A program made the position numbers and the translations under genes. 64,000 bases of DNA. It comes from Vicugna vicugna. Lineage: Eukaryota. Shown here in pieces: positions 1 through 13,000 of this stretch. The notes under the pieces are model-generated. The model saw nothing but the letters and a program-made list of their open reading frames with translations, had not been told where the DNA came from and searched no databases. Within the stretch, counting starts at the first letter, position 1, and every line of letters begins with the position of its first letter. Location of the stretch: positions 5,991,388 through 6,055,387 of the forward strand of contig MU060261.1 of assembly GCA_013265495.1 (NCBI GenBank). The letters are read 5' to 3'.

Positions 1-105
1 TTGCTGTTGCTGTAGCTGCTGCTGCTGTTGAAGCTGCTGCTGCTGCTGTTGTAGCTGCTGCTGTTGCTGTAACTGCTGCTGCTGTTGTTGTAGCTGCTGC
101 TGCTG
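1..105 (-). repeat. (CAG/CAA)n polyglutamine tract interrupted by Leu every 5-7 codons
   Basis: Translation L-Q4-L-Q6-L-Q5-L-Q6-L-Q5-L-Q4, truncated by the window edge. Confidence 0.92.
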
Positions 106-1087
106 CAAGGAGGCCATAGGCTGAGTGCTCAGTTTGGGCTGCCCACCGTGTGGTATCACGCCCTGCTGGAGATGGGAAAGCCCTGCCATGGATCCCTGCT
201 GTTGGTGCTGTTGTTGCTGCGGCTGCTGGGCTGTGACCAGGCGATGTCCCATAAGGCCCTGACCCTGCTGTGCCAGCTGGGGGGAACTCAGCACCCGAGG
301 CTGAGTCAGAAGCACCTGTCTGTGAGGGCCCTGGGGGCCCAAAGCTCCAGGGTGCTGCTGCTGCTGTTGCAATACTGCCACCTGGGTAGGGCCCAGCATG
401 CCCTGAGGCCCTTGGGGTGGCTGAGGGGACAGCTGCTGGACCAAGAGGCCCTGATGGCTGCTGGGAGGCAGAAGTCCCTGGGGCTTGGGACCCAGAGCCT
501 GGTTCGTCTGTACCCCTGGGCCCTGCTGCTGTTGCTGCTGGATTGCCACCTGTCCTAGGAGGTGCTGCTGCTGCTGCTGTTGTTGCAATTTCTGGGCCAG
601 CTGCATGCGCTGCTGCTGGAGCTGCAGCTGCCTTTCCTGTAAAAGCCTTGAGTCAGGTCCTAGGCCTCGAAGAGCAAGATTGCCAGGGAAAAAGCCCCCT
701 GAGGGGCCAGCCAGGGCCCCAGCCCCACCAGAATGTTGCTGTTGCTGCTGTTGGGCCAGGGTGGTATTGAGGAAGGGGCCACCAGGCTGTCCAGGTAGTG
801 CCATGCCCCCGGGGGGCAGGCGAAGACCTGCAGCTTGTCCACCTGGGGGGCCCTGTGGTGGCTGCAGCCCATGGCCAGGGAGCAGCTGACCAGGAAGCTT
901 GGTGAGTAGCCGGGGACTCTGGGAAGGACTAAGGNNNNNNNNNNNNNNNNNNNNNNNNNNNNNNNNNNNNNNNNNNNNNNNNNNNNNNNNNNNNNNNNNN
1001 NNNNNNNNNNNNNNNNNNNNNNNNNNNNNNNNNNNNNNNNNNNNNNNNNNNNNNNNNNNNNNNNNNNNNNNNNNNNNNNNNNNNNNN
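1..1087 (-). CDS. KMT2D: KMT2D exon 39, 5' part (polyQ/low-complexity region); start hidden in gap 935-1087
   Basis: [26 protein letters not shown]... reads on to [17 protein letters not shown] at the window edge. Confidence 0.9.
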
Positions 1088-4000
1088 CTGAAGCCTGCCC
1101 ACCCATGCCATCCCTCCTTCCAGGCTCCTGGTTGCTAGGTCAAGATCTGCCATCCCCACCTGATCCAGCTGTTTCTGAATCTTGCTCTGTTGTTCTGTAA
1201 CCAGCTTGAGTTTCTCAGCATCAGCCTCTGGGAACTCACGGCCAGCCTTTTTGGCAGTGCGCTGCTTGGCACACAGAGCCTTCCGGGACTTGCGGTGCAC
1301 CCCGATCTGTTCCTCTAGCACCTTCAGTTGCATCTGGAGGAGTTGCTGGGTATGGAACAGCCACTCCTCATACTGCCGCTGGTCGGCCTCATCTGGGAAA
1401 GAAAGTGGGGAGTCAGGGACTGCACAATGGTGATCCAAAGCCCTCTTGTCCCCACATGCCCCAAGTCACTTCCTTACATACGCCTCCCTATGCGCATACT
1501 CACTGATCACTCCCTGGGCAAAAGTGGGTGGATTGGGACGAGGCTGGGAGGGGTCACTGGCACTCCGCTCCTGTGATGAGAGAGACTAATAAAGGGTCAG
1601 TGTCTGTACCAGGCCCTAAGAAGGGTGGCCCAATGGCACAGGACACAAGTTCCTACTCCCACCTGACCATTTACCTGGCCACTTCCAGCTGCCACGTGGT
1701 TCTGCAGATCACCACCGGGTGCCCCTGAGAGCCTCTGGGCTAGCAGAGATACTTGTTGCCTAGAGTCCGCCAAAGCAAAAAGGACATGATGAGGAATACT
1801 GAAAAGCAAAGAGGTTGGACAAGTAGAAAGATCAAGAAGAATAGGGGAAGGATCGGAAAAGGAAAGGACCAACCCTCCTACCCCCCAAGTCTTACCTGTT
1901 CATACCAGGTGCCACTCCAATGCTGCCCTGAGCCATCACCTTCTTGATGCCTTTCAAAGCCACCATCTTGGCCTTTGCAATGGGATCGATGATATCTTCA
2001 GCAGCAAATTTGTCCAGGTCTGGAGAGAGAAGAGCCAAGTGAGCTGGGCATTGAAGTCAATGCTCCATTCCATGTCTGCTGTTCCAACACCTTGACTTCT
2101 ACCAAGCTGAGAACAACAGCATGGTATGGTGAAAAGACACTGGACTAGGAGCCAGGCAGCAGAAGTAGCCAGGCAGACTCAATTCTGTGATTCACAGAAC
2201 ATGTGGCCCTGTTTCCACTTGCACAGTGCTTGTGACCCAGTTTACTCTTCTATTTGATAGACAGCTTGATTCTCTACTCTGCCTACCTCATGGAGCTACT
2301 AAGAGTATCAAATGTGACAAGAATATGAGCACACTTTATGACCTACAAAGCATTCTTCAAAAGTAGCGTTCTTAGGGCAACTAAGTGCAGCCCAAGAACT
2401 CAAGATGTGGCCATTGTGCCAAAGCCCTAGACGGCCAGAGCTGTTTGGGGCACAATATGCATCACCTACAGCCCAGTCTCCTGATTACCCAGGATGGTGG
2501 GTAGAAAAAGAGAAACAAGCAGCCACCAAAAACTTAAATCTCCCTAAAATCCTATATGTTGTAAATTTCTCCACTGCTCAGAAAACTTAAAAAACTTAAC
2601 TGACTCCCTTCTTTTAAGAGGACTAACCAAATTCCTTCTCTCCTGGCTATTCTGAAGCAGTGAAACAGTTAAGAGAATCAGAGGCCCAGGGCTCAAATTC
2701 TAGCTCTGTTAGTTGTGTGATCTTGGGCAAGTTACTTAAACTCCATGCCTCAGTTTCCTTTTCTAGAATAACAGTACTTATTTAATGAGTTTGTTGTGAT
2801 GATTAAATTAGACAATGAATGTAAAGCGCTCACACACTGCTTCGTAAATAGTCATTACTCAATAAATGCTATTATAATTTGACATCTTCTTCAATCTGGG
2901 CCCCCTTCCTACCTCTCCTAAGTTATGGTAGCACCCACTCACTTCCCTCCACTCAAAGCCTACTCCAGGCAAATCACTCCACTGTCTCCAAACATATTCC
3001 CCATCAGCTTTCCTGCCTTAAGTCTCACTAATCTTTTCACCAACCTGATTGCTTTTTCGTACACTTCTCTCCAAGTTCTAATCTCTGGGTCTCACCACAG
3101 CTACAAATTCTTTGCTAATCAGGCTTCAGGCATCCATTCCATTCATTCACTCAAACATCTGAATGCCTGCCATATGCCAGGCACCATTCTCCCTTAAAAG
3201 CCACAGGCTTCTACCTACACCACTAACATGGTATTCAGCCAAAGCTCTTTGCATTCCATCTCCCTTAACTAGGGAGTATTTTGGGTCTGAAGCCTCAGTG
3301 AGCATTTGGTGTTAACAGTGACCACCCGAGTAACACAGCCAGTGCCTGCAGCTGAGGTTACCTGTATCCGGGAAGAAGCTATTAGCCAGCTGCTGTTGCA
3401 TCGCCAGCTGCTGCGGTTTCATGCACATGGACGGTTGCATGGTACTCATGGGCTTCTGCGCCAGCACTGTCTGTGGACTCTGCTGGGGCACCAAGCCTGC
3501 CTGTCCCCCATGCTGCCCACTTAGCATATGCCCTTGGTTGGGCACCATGGCCATGGAGGGGGCCAGGCGCTGCTGGAGGGCATGAGCTGGTGGCTGGGTG
3601 GGCATCAGTGGTTGGGCCAAGCCTGGCTGTCGGGAACCTCCAAGTCCCAGAGCAAGCTGCTGTTGGGGTCCTGCCAAACCAGAAGAGCCCTCATGTGGCA
3701 AAGACATGGCCTGAGCAGGGCCTGGGGTAGGCAGCAAGGAATGCTGCTGTTGCTGCTGCTGCTGGGCAGGCTGCAGCTGTGCTGAAAGCTGCTGCTTCTT
3801 CTGTAGCTCCTTCTTCTCATGTTCCAACAGGTCCTCAATGAGCAGGGGTAGCTCACTGGCTACCAGAGAGCTCTCCATCTTGTCCAGCTCATCTCCAGAT
3901 GCATGTCCACCAGGCAAGGTCAGGGCCCCACTCTCTAGCTCAAACTTTTCCAACAGAGAGGACCCTCCTGGGCCACTCAGTGGGCTAGGGGTCAGCAGGT

Positions 4001-7000
4001 GAGCTGATGGTCCTCCGGTGGCCCCAAAGGGGACCTTCTCAGCTGTGTGCCCACTGCTGGAAAAAGGTCCTGTGCCCAACCGAGTGTCCCGGCTGCCCAT
4101 CACACTCTGTCCTGGCTTCAGCCCCAGGCCTAGTGAAGTGGTGGCAGGTGCTGGCTCTACCTTGGGGGTGGTAATGGTGAACTGGCAAGGGGAAGGGTGG
4201 CGCCCACCCTCCTCCACCTTGGGCTTCACCTCAGGGAGCACCGATGCCAGACGGGGCTCAGAAGCATCAGCAGCAGGGGGAGGGCGCTCCTCAGGGCCCA
4301 AGGGTCCTGGCTCTACCCCCCGCAGGAGGGCCTCCCGCTCAGCCTTTTCATTGGCCGACTCCACCAGCCTCAGATGCTCATTGAAGATGTCCTTCTTGTC
4401 TCCAGTGTCCAGCTCAGGGTCGGTATAGGCCAGCAAGTCAAACTCATCCCCGTTGAGCAGGTCATCCAGGTGGGGGTCATTGGTCTCCAGGTTTTCCAGG
4501 GTGCCCAGCTCATCATCTCCCTTGGCCACATCCACACCCAAGCCCAGGTGAGCAAGCTCCTCATCATCCTCCAGGGCCTTGTGGGCATCAAAGTCGTCGT
4601 CCAGCTCAGGATCCTCACAGGGTAACTTCCCAGCTTCCAAGGCCAGAGGAGGGGGGCGGCCAAGCTCAGTGCTTGAGGGGGGCCGGCTGACTAGCTCCAA
4701 GCCAGTGGGCACATTGGGACCCTTGGTGTGGGGCGTTGGATGGAGGCTGTTGTTCAGTTCAGGGGCTGGTGGAGCTGAGGGTTTCTGTGGAGGAAGGCCT
4801 GATACCGCTAGGCCACGAAGCCCTTCAGGGGCCAGCCGGTGGGAGTCCTCACTTACAGGGTAAAAACGGGGTCTCTGAGGGGGGCCCTGACCAGGAAATG
4901 GAGCTCCCCCCGGTCCAAGTCCTTTCTGTACATTGTGCCGCAACTCAATGAACTGGGCAGGACCAGCTGGACCAGGCACTGGCTCACCAGGGCCTGGCAG
5001 GCGGGAGGCAATTCCCGCCAAGGGGGAACCAAGGGCTTGGCGGCCAAGTTCAGGCCCAGGAGTTGATGGAAAGCGAGTGGACATGGCAAGTCGCATGGAA
5101 GTTGCTGCTGTTGCCTGTTGCTGTTGCTGTTGCTGCTGCCACAGGTGCTGCTGCTGCTGCTGCTGTAATGGCAGGGACCCAGGATAGGGTGCTCGCTGAT
5201 AGAAGGCTTGGGAGCCTCCCACCAGTTGCCTGCAAGAATATGCAGTAGTCCGTAAGACAAAATTAGGATGAAGAGCTAGAACATGGGGTTAGGGCAGTAG
5301 GGAAGGATGGAGTTAATGTGGTGAGGGGGAAGGAATGGCAAAAAGTAAGTGATACTGGAGATTAGAGAGATGGGAAAATCAGAGGCAGCACACAATGGTA
5401 GTACGATCTGTTCCTTTGATTTACCCCCAAGGAACCCCCTGGAGCCTCACCGGCTGTTCACATCCATAGAGGAAGGGGTGGCTGGTGGAGGTGGCCTGGA
5501 GAGTCGGTCATCACTGGGGAAAGCCCCTGGGCCCAGGATGGAGCCACCCAGCTTGGTTGGGGGCAGCCCCACAAGGCTGCTCTTGTCCTAGAAGAGATAG
5601 GGGTAGATGAAGGTGGGGCCACCTTCAGTATCTTGGATCCATCACCCCTTGCCACTCTACCTACCTGGGTCCCAGCAAAGGGGGTCTGGCCTCGACTCAG
5701 CTGCTCAAAGGCAGGGCTGCTAGGCTCAGCACCCCAGCTACCTGCGGGCCCCACTGCTCCTGCAGCTGCCGCAGTTTCCTTCTCCTGCCGGAGGGTGTTG
5801 CGCTGGATCTGTTGCCGAATCAGCAGCTCCCGTAGTCGTTGGCGCTGTGCAGAGAACAGAGAAGAGAAGTCCATTCTACTCCAATCATAGGGCTGGCACA
5901 GAAACAGCAGAGATTTGTGGGGGCTCAACTCCAGGATGTCAACTCACCTGTCGTTGCTTCTCCAGCTCTGTCTGGCTAAGGCTGGACATGCCTGGGTCCT
6001 GGGTACCTGGAAGCTCGGGTGCCGCCAAAGAGCTGCCCATCCCAGCCCCTGGGTCTTCTCGCTTCTCAACTGGAGAGGTGATGCCTGCCCGCTGTGAGGC
6101 TCCATGGGACAGGTAGGGGAGGGATCCATCGGGTGCAGGTGGTGGTAGGACTGATGGGGGGCGCAATGGGGACAGCCCATAGGCCTCTCCTGCGGACCCA
6201 CTGCNNNNNNNNNNNNNNNNNNNNNNNNNNNNNNNNNNNNNNNNNNNNNNNNNNNNNNNNNNNNNNNNNNNNNNNNNNNNNNNNNNNNNNNNNNNNNNNN
6301 NNNNNNNNNNNNNNNNNNNNNNNNNNNNNNNNNNNNNNNNNNNNNNNNNNNNNNNNNNNNNNNNNNNNNNNNNNNNNNNNNNNNTGAAACGCATGGGAGA
6401 AGGGGTGCCCACAAATGCACCTGTCCCAGGGGACCGGGCAAAACTGGGCGGCTGCCCACTTGGGACCTTGGCATGGAGCTCACCTGCCGGCCCCGAGGGC
6501 AGGGCTGCTGGGAAACCCCCAGCCCCCAGCGGAGTGTGGGCTAGAGGCCCAGCCTTGAAGGCAACTTCAGGGGGCTGGGGGCGGGGTGGCTTATGCAATG
6601 GGGCAAATGGGTCCCGGGATTGAGGGCGTGAGGGTGGACGGGAATAAGGGTCAGGGGATTGGAAGCGAGGGGTAACAGGAGATGGGCAAAAAGCCTCAGC
6701 AGACAGAGGACGGGGTGTCAATGGGGACTGGGAGCTGGACTGAGACTGGGGACTTGCAGGCACTCGGGAGAAAGGGTCAGAGGGCAGTGAGCGAGGAGGC
6801 AGGGCACAGCAGCTCTCAGGAGGTTGGGGTTGGGGCCGAGGGGTCAATGGGGGCTGGGCATAGGGGTCAGGGTAGGGGCCAGGACGAAAGATGTCTGAGT
6901 GGCTGGGAGGAGAAGGAGCCAAAGCCTGAGCAGGGGGTGGCTCTTGGGGCCTGAGGCCCAAGCCCGGGCTCTGGGGCTCTACCTGAGATGCCCGAGGGGT

Positions 7001-10000
7001 CAGGGGGGCTTTGAAGACATCAGGTGCCTTTAACTCCAGGCTGCCCAGATGGGGGCCTGAGGAGGGTGAGTCAACAAACCCCAGGTTTGGGGGCCCACAG
7101 CTAGGAGACGATGCCCCAAGCTCTTCCTTCTTCACCTCTAAGGCCTTTCGAGACTCTCCGAAAGGTGGAGGCGACAGCAGGGGCTCGGAAGCCTTGCCTC
7201 CCCCTACCCCTGGGCTCTCAGGAACAGTCAGGTTGTCCAGTGAGGGGCAGCGGGGTTTGAGGAACGGGTCAGGTGTGGAGGGCTGGTGTCGGGGGGTGCC
7301 AGGTGGGGTAGTGTGGAATTCCCCCGGCTGGCCAGTCCCAGGATGAGATGAGGCACCCAGCGTTGGGGGCTGCGTGGGGGCCCCAGTCGGACTGGGATAG
7401 GGAGGATAGGTGGGTGGTGCCGGGGGGAAGCGGGGCTCCATAGCGTAGGCGGGGGCCAGTCCAAAGGGGTCCTGTGAAGGCACTTGGGCGGGCACCTGGG
7501 GTGGGAGCTTGAGGAAGAGCTCACCAGGCGAGTCGGGGCCGGGCACTGTGCCCGCCGGCGGCTTCAGGAACCCATCCGCAGAGGTAGACAAGCCGGCGGG
7601 GGGAGTGGGGCTGCCAATGAAAATGGTGGGGGCGGCAGCAGGAGGCGGACTGCCCAGTGCCCCTGGCTGGGGGGGAATGCGGAGATGTAGGGCCGGTCGG
7701 TCAGTCTTACGGGCCATGTCGCCCACCTTGGTCTGCTTGTTGATCTGGCTTTCAGCCTGCTACGGGGGGAGACCAGGCACAGAGCAGTCAGGCTGCTGTG
7801 GCAGGCCCTACGTGCCCCCCACCCTCAGAAAGGGCCCACATTACAGAACTTGGATAGCATGGCCCAGCCTGGCCCCCACTCACCTTTTGCACCTTGTTGA
7901 TGCGGTGAGCTGCCCGGTTATCTTTGGCCTTTTGCTGAAGAACAGATAACAGAACCTTAGGCCTAGGGCTCAATCTCGTGTCCAGCCCCCATCCCTTACA
8001 ATATCACTCACACTGCCTGCCCAGAAGCTGATCCCTTCTGGCCCAGCTGCTTTGGGAGTGGGGAATGGAAAGAACTGAGGTGAATTTCCCAAAGACACCC
8101 ACCCCTCAGTTCCCACGCTGACCTAGGCTCCCTCTGTCTCACCAGGTAGGGGGCTTTATCAGTAGCTGGAACTTTTCTCCAGAGCTTCATGATTTGTTTG
8201 CAACGGCTAGACCAGTCTGGAGGGCAGAGAGATTGCATTAGAGGAGACTTGGCAAGTGACCCCTGCACCAGTCATGTTACCAGGTTGTCTCCCTTGTCCT
8301 CGTCCCATGGGTACCTGGGTAATCTTGCTTGAGATTGGGGAAGTTAATGTTGGCATAGAGTACAGGTGAGATGGTAGAGAGCTGGCCCAACTCCTCGTCC
8401 TTCTCCCAGCGCTGAAGACTCCGTTGGTTATAGGAGAGCCCGTCGCCCTCACCCTCCGTGGTGGGGGTGGTGGGAGTGGAGGGCGTGGTGCCCCCCGAGC
8501 CTGTCCAGGGGCTGTCTGGCTCACCGGGTTCCGGGCTAAAGAAGCCCCCGCGCTCCCTGGGGCGCAGGGGCAGAGAGTCACAGAGGGCAGGGATGCCAAG
8601 CCCCACCCCAAACAAACTGCCCAGAGTCCCCAGGCCACTGCCCTGCCCCAAAAGAGGACAGCCACAAACAAAGGAGCAGAGGGAGGTACTGCTACAGCAG
8701 CACCCAGGTGTCCAAGGTACCCTCCCTCAGCACAGCCCCAGTTGGAGAGAAGGGACTGCCCACAGAGGTTAAGCATAAATACCAACCTAGAATCCAGGAA
8801 TGGAGACTGGCAGAGGCCCGGGTAGGAGTCCATTGGGCTGCTGGAGGGGAGATTGCCCAAAGGGAGTCCACCTACAAGAGGCACAGGATCAGAAAAAGAG
8901 AGCCAGCTTAGCCACACCTGCCCACCTAGTCTTCAAACCACTCCCATCCAGATCACCTTGAAGAAAGGGCCTCTGCAGTGGTGTACGGCTGCCATCTAGG
9001 CCAGGGGTTCCACAACCCAGGTGCTGCTCTCGTTCAGAACCCAGAACATCCTTGAAGAGCTGCTGCAGGTCCTTGGATTCCATCTTGGGCAGTTCTGCAA
9101 AGAATTGGTGAAGGATGCTGCCAAGGAAGACTGGGGAGTTGAGGGGATACCACAGGGCTACAAACGGTTATGGCCCAGGAAGGTGCCCAGGACTCCCCGA
9201 GAGAGAAGCTGTAGAGATGACATTCCCACAGGTGGGACCCTCTCCTTCTCCCACAGAGAATCCTTATACACAAAGAATACAAGTCACAGCCTCACCTTCT
9301 GTGGGAATCCTGTCTAAGTCAGAGCTAAGCATCCCTTCACCTGGGGTGCCTGGCTTCTCGGGGTCGCTGGGTACTGGGGATGCCTTTACACCCCCATCCT
9401 CAGGTCCTGCAATTGCCAGGAGAAAAACCTATCAGCAAGGTCACTCTGGAGGTACCACACTGGCCACCCTGAACCACAGAAGGCATCAAACAGTTTCCAG
9501 TCTCCAACCCAGATGGTACTTAAGAGGCAGAAGAGGCTGACAGAAGTAAAATCAAGACAGGACACAGTCCTCCCAGAAGCCCTCACCTGGTGTATCAGCC
9601 TTGCCTTCGGGGCCACGGGATTCTTCATCTGCAACCTCTGGACCATCGTCTCCTACAAGCAACAGTCCCCACTCCAATCAGAGATGCCTTACCTCTGATG
9701 CCCAGAGCAGGACCCCAGCTCTAAGGCCAGGGCACTCACGGCCCACCCCCTACTCCTGAAGACCAGCCCATCTCCCCCCATATTCTCTTGCCACCTTCTT
9801 AGCACAGAGGGAAGTTGGACCCCTTCAGACCACCTTACCCCAACATGACTAACCTTTCTGTGAGGTCGGAAGTTCTTTTCTATCTGAGCCTCCATCACCC
9901 TTGGCTTTTGGGGTTCCTAGTCCAAAGCTTGGCCGGCCCGCCCCAACTGCAAAAAGGGCCTTCCGGCTCAGGTCCAGCAGCTCCTTCCCAAAGAAAGCTT

Positions 10001-13000
10001 CCTATGGGAGAAGTGAGGCAGAAACAGGCTTCTTTTCATGCCCTGCAGGGCAGACACTGCCCTTGCCCCTCGGAGCCTAAGACCCACCTGCAGGTAAGCA
10101 GGGAACATGTCCTCCAGTTTGCTCTTCTTGCGCCCTCGCCGCTGCTGCTTCTTCTTCTCATCCCCATCAGCTAAACTCTGGTCCACAGAGCCTTCTGCAG
10201 GCAGGTCGGTAGGCATCACTGGGGACAAAACAGGAGGTGTCAGCCTTTCTGGGGACATTGGGCATGCCGCTCCCAACTCAGTCTGGGGACGTTTTCTGCC
10301 TACTCTCTCCCCCAACACCAGTTGGGCCCACCACCCTCTTGGCCCTTTGAGTGAGTGCCCCTGCCCCAGGCCTCCCTGGCAGCGTCCCAGAGGTCCTGTG
10401 ATCCCCACCTTCTCCCAGGNNNNNNNNNNNNNNNNNNNNNNNNNNNNNNNNNNNNNNNNNNNNNNNNNNNNNNNNNNNNNNNNNNNNNNNNNNNNNNNNN
10501 NNNNNNNNNNNNNNNNNNNNNNNNNNNNNNNNNNNNNNNNNNNNNNNNNNNCTAGAAGAAGGCAGGGCTGAGGCTGAAAAGCTGCTGGGTACCTGGTGAG
10601 CTGCCCCTCACCACTTCACCTCCGCATCTCAGGGCCTTACCAGGCCGATAGGGTTTCCGTTTGCGTTTTTTGCTTTCTTCAGTCTCCTCTTTGCCAGGCT
10701 CTACATCAGGGCTGATGGGGCCCTCCAGTTTAATCTCGCATTCCATGTGCTCCACGCTACCTGTGACAGGGACAGAAGAGATAGAGGCAGGTCAGAGACA
10801 TAGACCCTTTTAACCCTGTCATCCTGCCACCTAAGAACAGAGAGCCGAGTGCCTTGCCAAGGAGCCATCTGCACAAAACCAACAGTGGCTTGAGGGTGAC
10901 TGGGAGTGGCAATACTGCCCTACCCCACATTCAATTCTCACAGGTGCGCTGCTCCCACGACTTTGGCACTCCCTGAGAGTCCCCAGCCTGACCTTCACCC
11001 TTGAGCAGCTCGTCAGTGTCCAGGTCCCCATCCTTCTTGTCATCAGGGCCAAGGGCATCTGAGGGCTCAGAACCCTCCAGCCCTGCCTCGCCTGGGAGGC
11101 CAAGCCGTCCTCGCCGCTGGCGCCGCTTGTGCAGGGGTGACATGGTCAGGTTACGCAGCACGGCCATGCCAGTTTCTGTCAGCCACACACCCTCGAAGCG
11201 AAAGTACTGGGGCTCTGCACAAAGGGGAAGCGCCTGTCACCCCTGATGGAGACCCCAGGGAACCCGAGAACTCCAAGTTTCGGCCTAAGACCCTAGCTGG
11301 AACAAGTCCAGACTGGGGTCTGAGGGCTAGAGAAAACAGGCCACCAATAGGCACTAGAAGAGGCCTGAGTTCTCCATCAGTGACCCGGGAGATTTAGAGA
11401 CTGCTACTGCAGAAGCCTGACTTTACTCATGATTAACCCTTGGTTCACCAAATATATTCTCTAGCTGTCTGATGCTGGGAGGGCCCCTACTTGCTGAATA
11501 CCAGCTTACAGTGCTGCATGCCAAGAGCAGTGCCCACATCATGATGGAGGCGGAGTAGCCCCAGCCCCTTCACAAAGGAGAAAGAGCTGTGTTCTGGGCT
11601 CTCTGGACATGAGATTCTAGCAGTACAACAGCCATGTTGCCTGGTGGAAAGAACTCTCCCTAGGAAACTGGAGGCCTTGGTTCTTGTCATAACTTCACCA
11701 CTAACCTACTGGGTGACTTTGGGCATGCCACTCAACCTTCCCAGGTCTTAGTTTCTTCCTCTGGAAATGAGGAGATGATGTTGGGGTGGGCTGAAGCCAG
11801 ACTAAGTGTCTAAGTTCTCCTCTGGCTTTGGCATTCAGAATTTCTATGACTCACCTGGCTCCTTCACCTTCATAGGTACCAACTCTGGAGGCGCAACAGG
11901 TGCTGTGGAAAGGACAAACCAAGGCAGCTGAAGGCCCAGTCCCCAAGCAAGGCACCCTGACTCCTCCTCCCCATCCCCAGCACCTGGTACTCACCAGCAG
12001 GCTTTACCACGTAAGGCTGGCAGGAGACACAGTCAAAGCCCTCATCAGCTGCCTGCTCCACATCATCCTCGGTGAAGAGGCTCTCACAGCCAGCATGCAT
12101 CCACCTGGGAGAAGGGAGACAGGAGGAGATGAACTGAGACAACGCAAGGCTGAGAACAGGGAGGAGGGGGCCTATGTAAGCAGAAAGGGGCACCCTCACC
12201 GTTCACAGTGGCGGCACTGGATCAGTAGGTCCTCTTCCACATACGGGGCGTGACAGATAGGGCAGGTCACCAGGCTGGCACAGGGCCCACAGTGTGTGTA
12301 ACTATTCTGCCATTCACAGTGGAAGCCAGGGGAGGCGGCCCCACACTGCATACAAGACACACACCTGGTGGCAGCAGACAGACAGACCCTCAGCACCTAG
12401 CATACCCAAGGCACCCAAGGTGCCCACACTGTGAACTAAGCAATCAACCTGGCCTTCTAAACCCAGATTCTGCCTTGTACTCAACAATAGATCCACTCTA
12501 ACATTTCAGACCCAGGCCCCTCTGAAGATCCCAGTCTTCTTACCACTTGCACTTCCAGCCACCCTTGGGCACGGTGAGCAATGGAGGGTCCAGACAGTAC
12601 GTGTGGTAGCTAATGTCACAGTCATCACAGAGAAGCAGGCGTGAGGGGTCTGAGGCCTGGCCGCACACCTCACACACGATGCACTCCACACAACGCCAGC
12701 CCTTGAGCAGCATCACCTTGGTGATCTGGTGCAGAAGATAGCAATTCCTCAGGGTGTGATGCACAGGGCAGGGCAGATCTCTCAGGATGGTGGAACTTAC
12801 ACGGGCGGGGCTGGAGGACCCCAGTGCAGAGGGCAGACCTCCCCTGGCACACAGGGAGGTTATGCTGAGTATACCTCATCCCAAAATTAGTAGCTCCAGG
12901 GATCTTGGCTGATCGGAGAACAGCATTACCTGGCCACTGCCTTATTACAATCTTTCACTAGCCTAGTCCCCAAAAAGACTATGGACAGAATTAGGTTGTA

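Noticed and set aside
148-889. Plus-strand ORFs with poly-L/A/C runs
   Set aside because: Antisense shadows of the CAG-rich KMT2D exon 39.
1088-1090. CAG at the gap edge as the KMT2D exon 39 acceptor, implying a frameshift (154 nt to the next codon boundary)
   Set aside because: The real acceptor probably lies inside gap 935-1087; no frameshift can be claimed from masked sequence.
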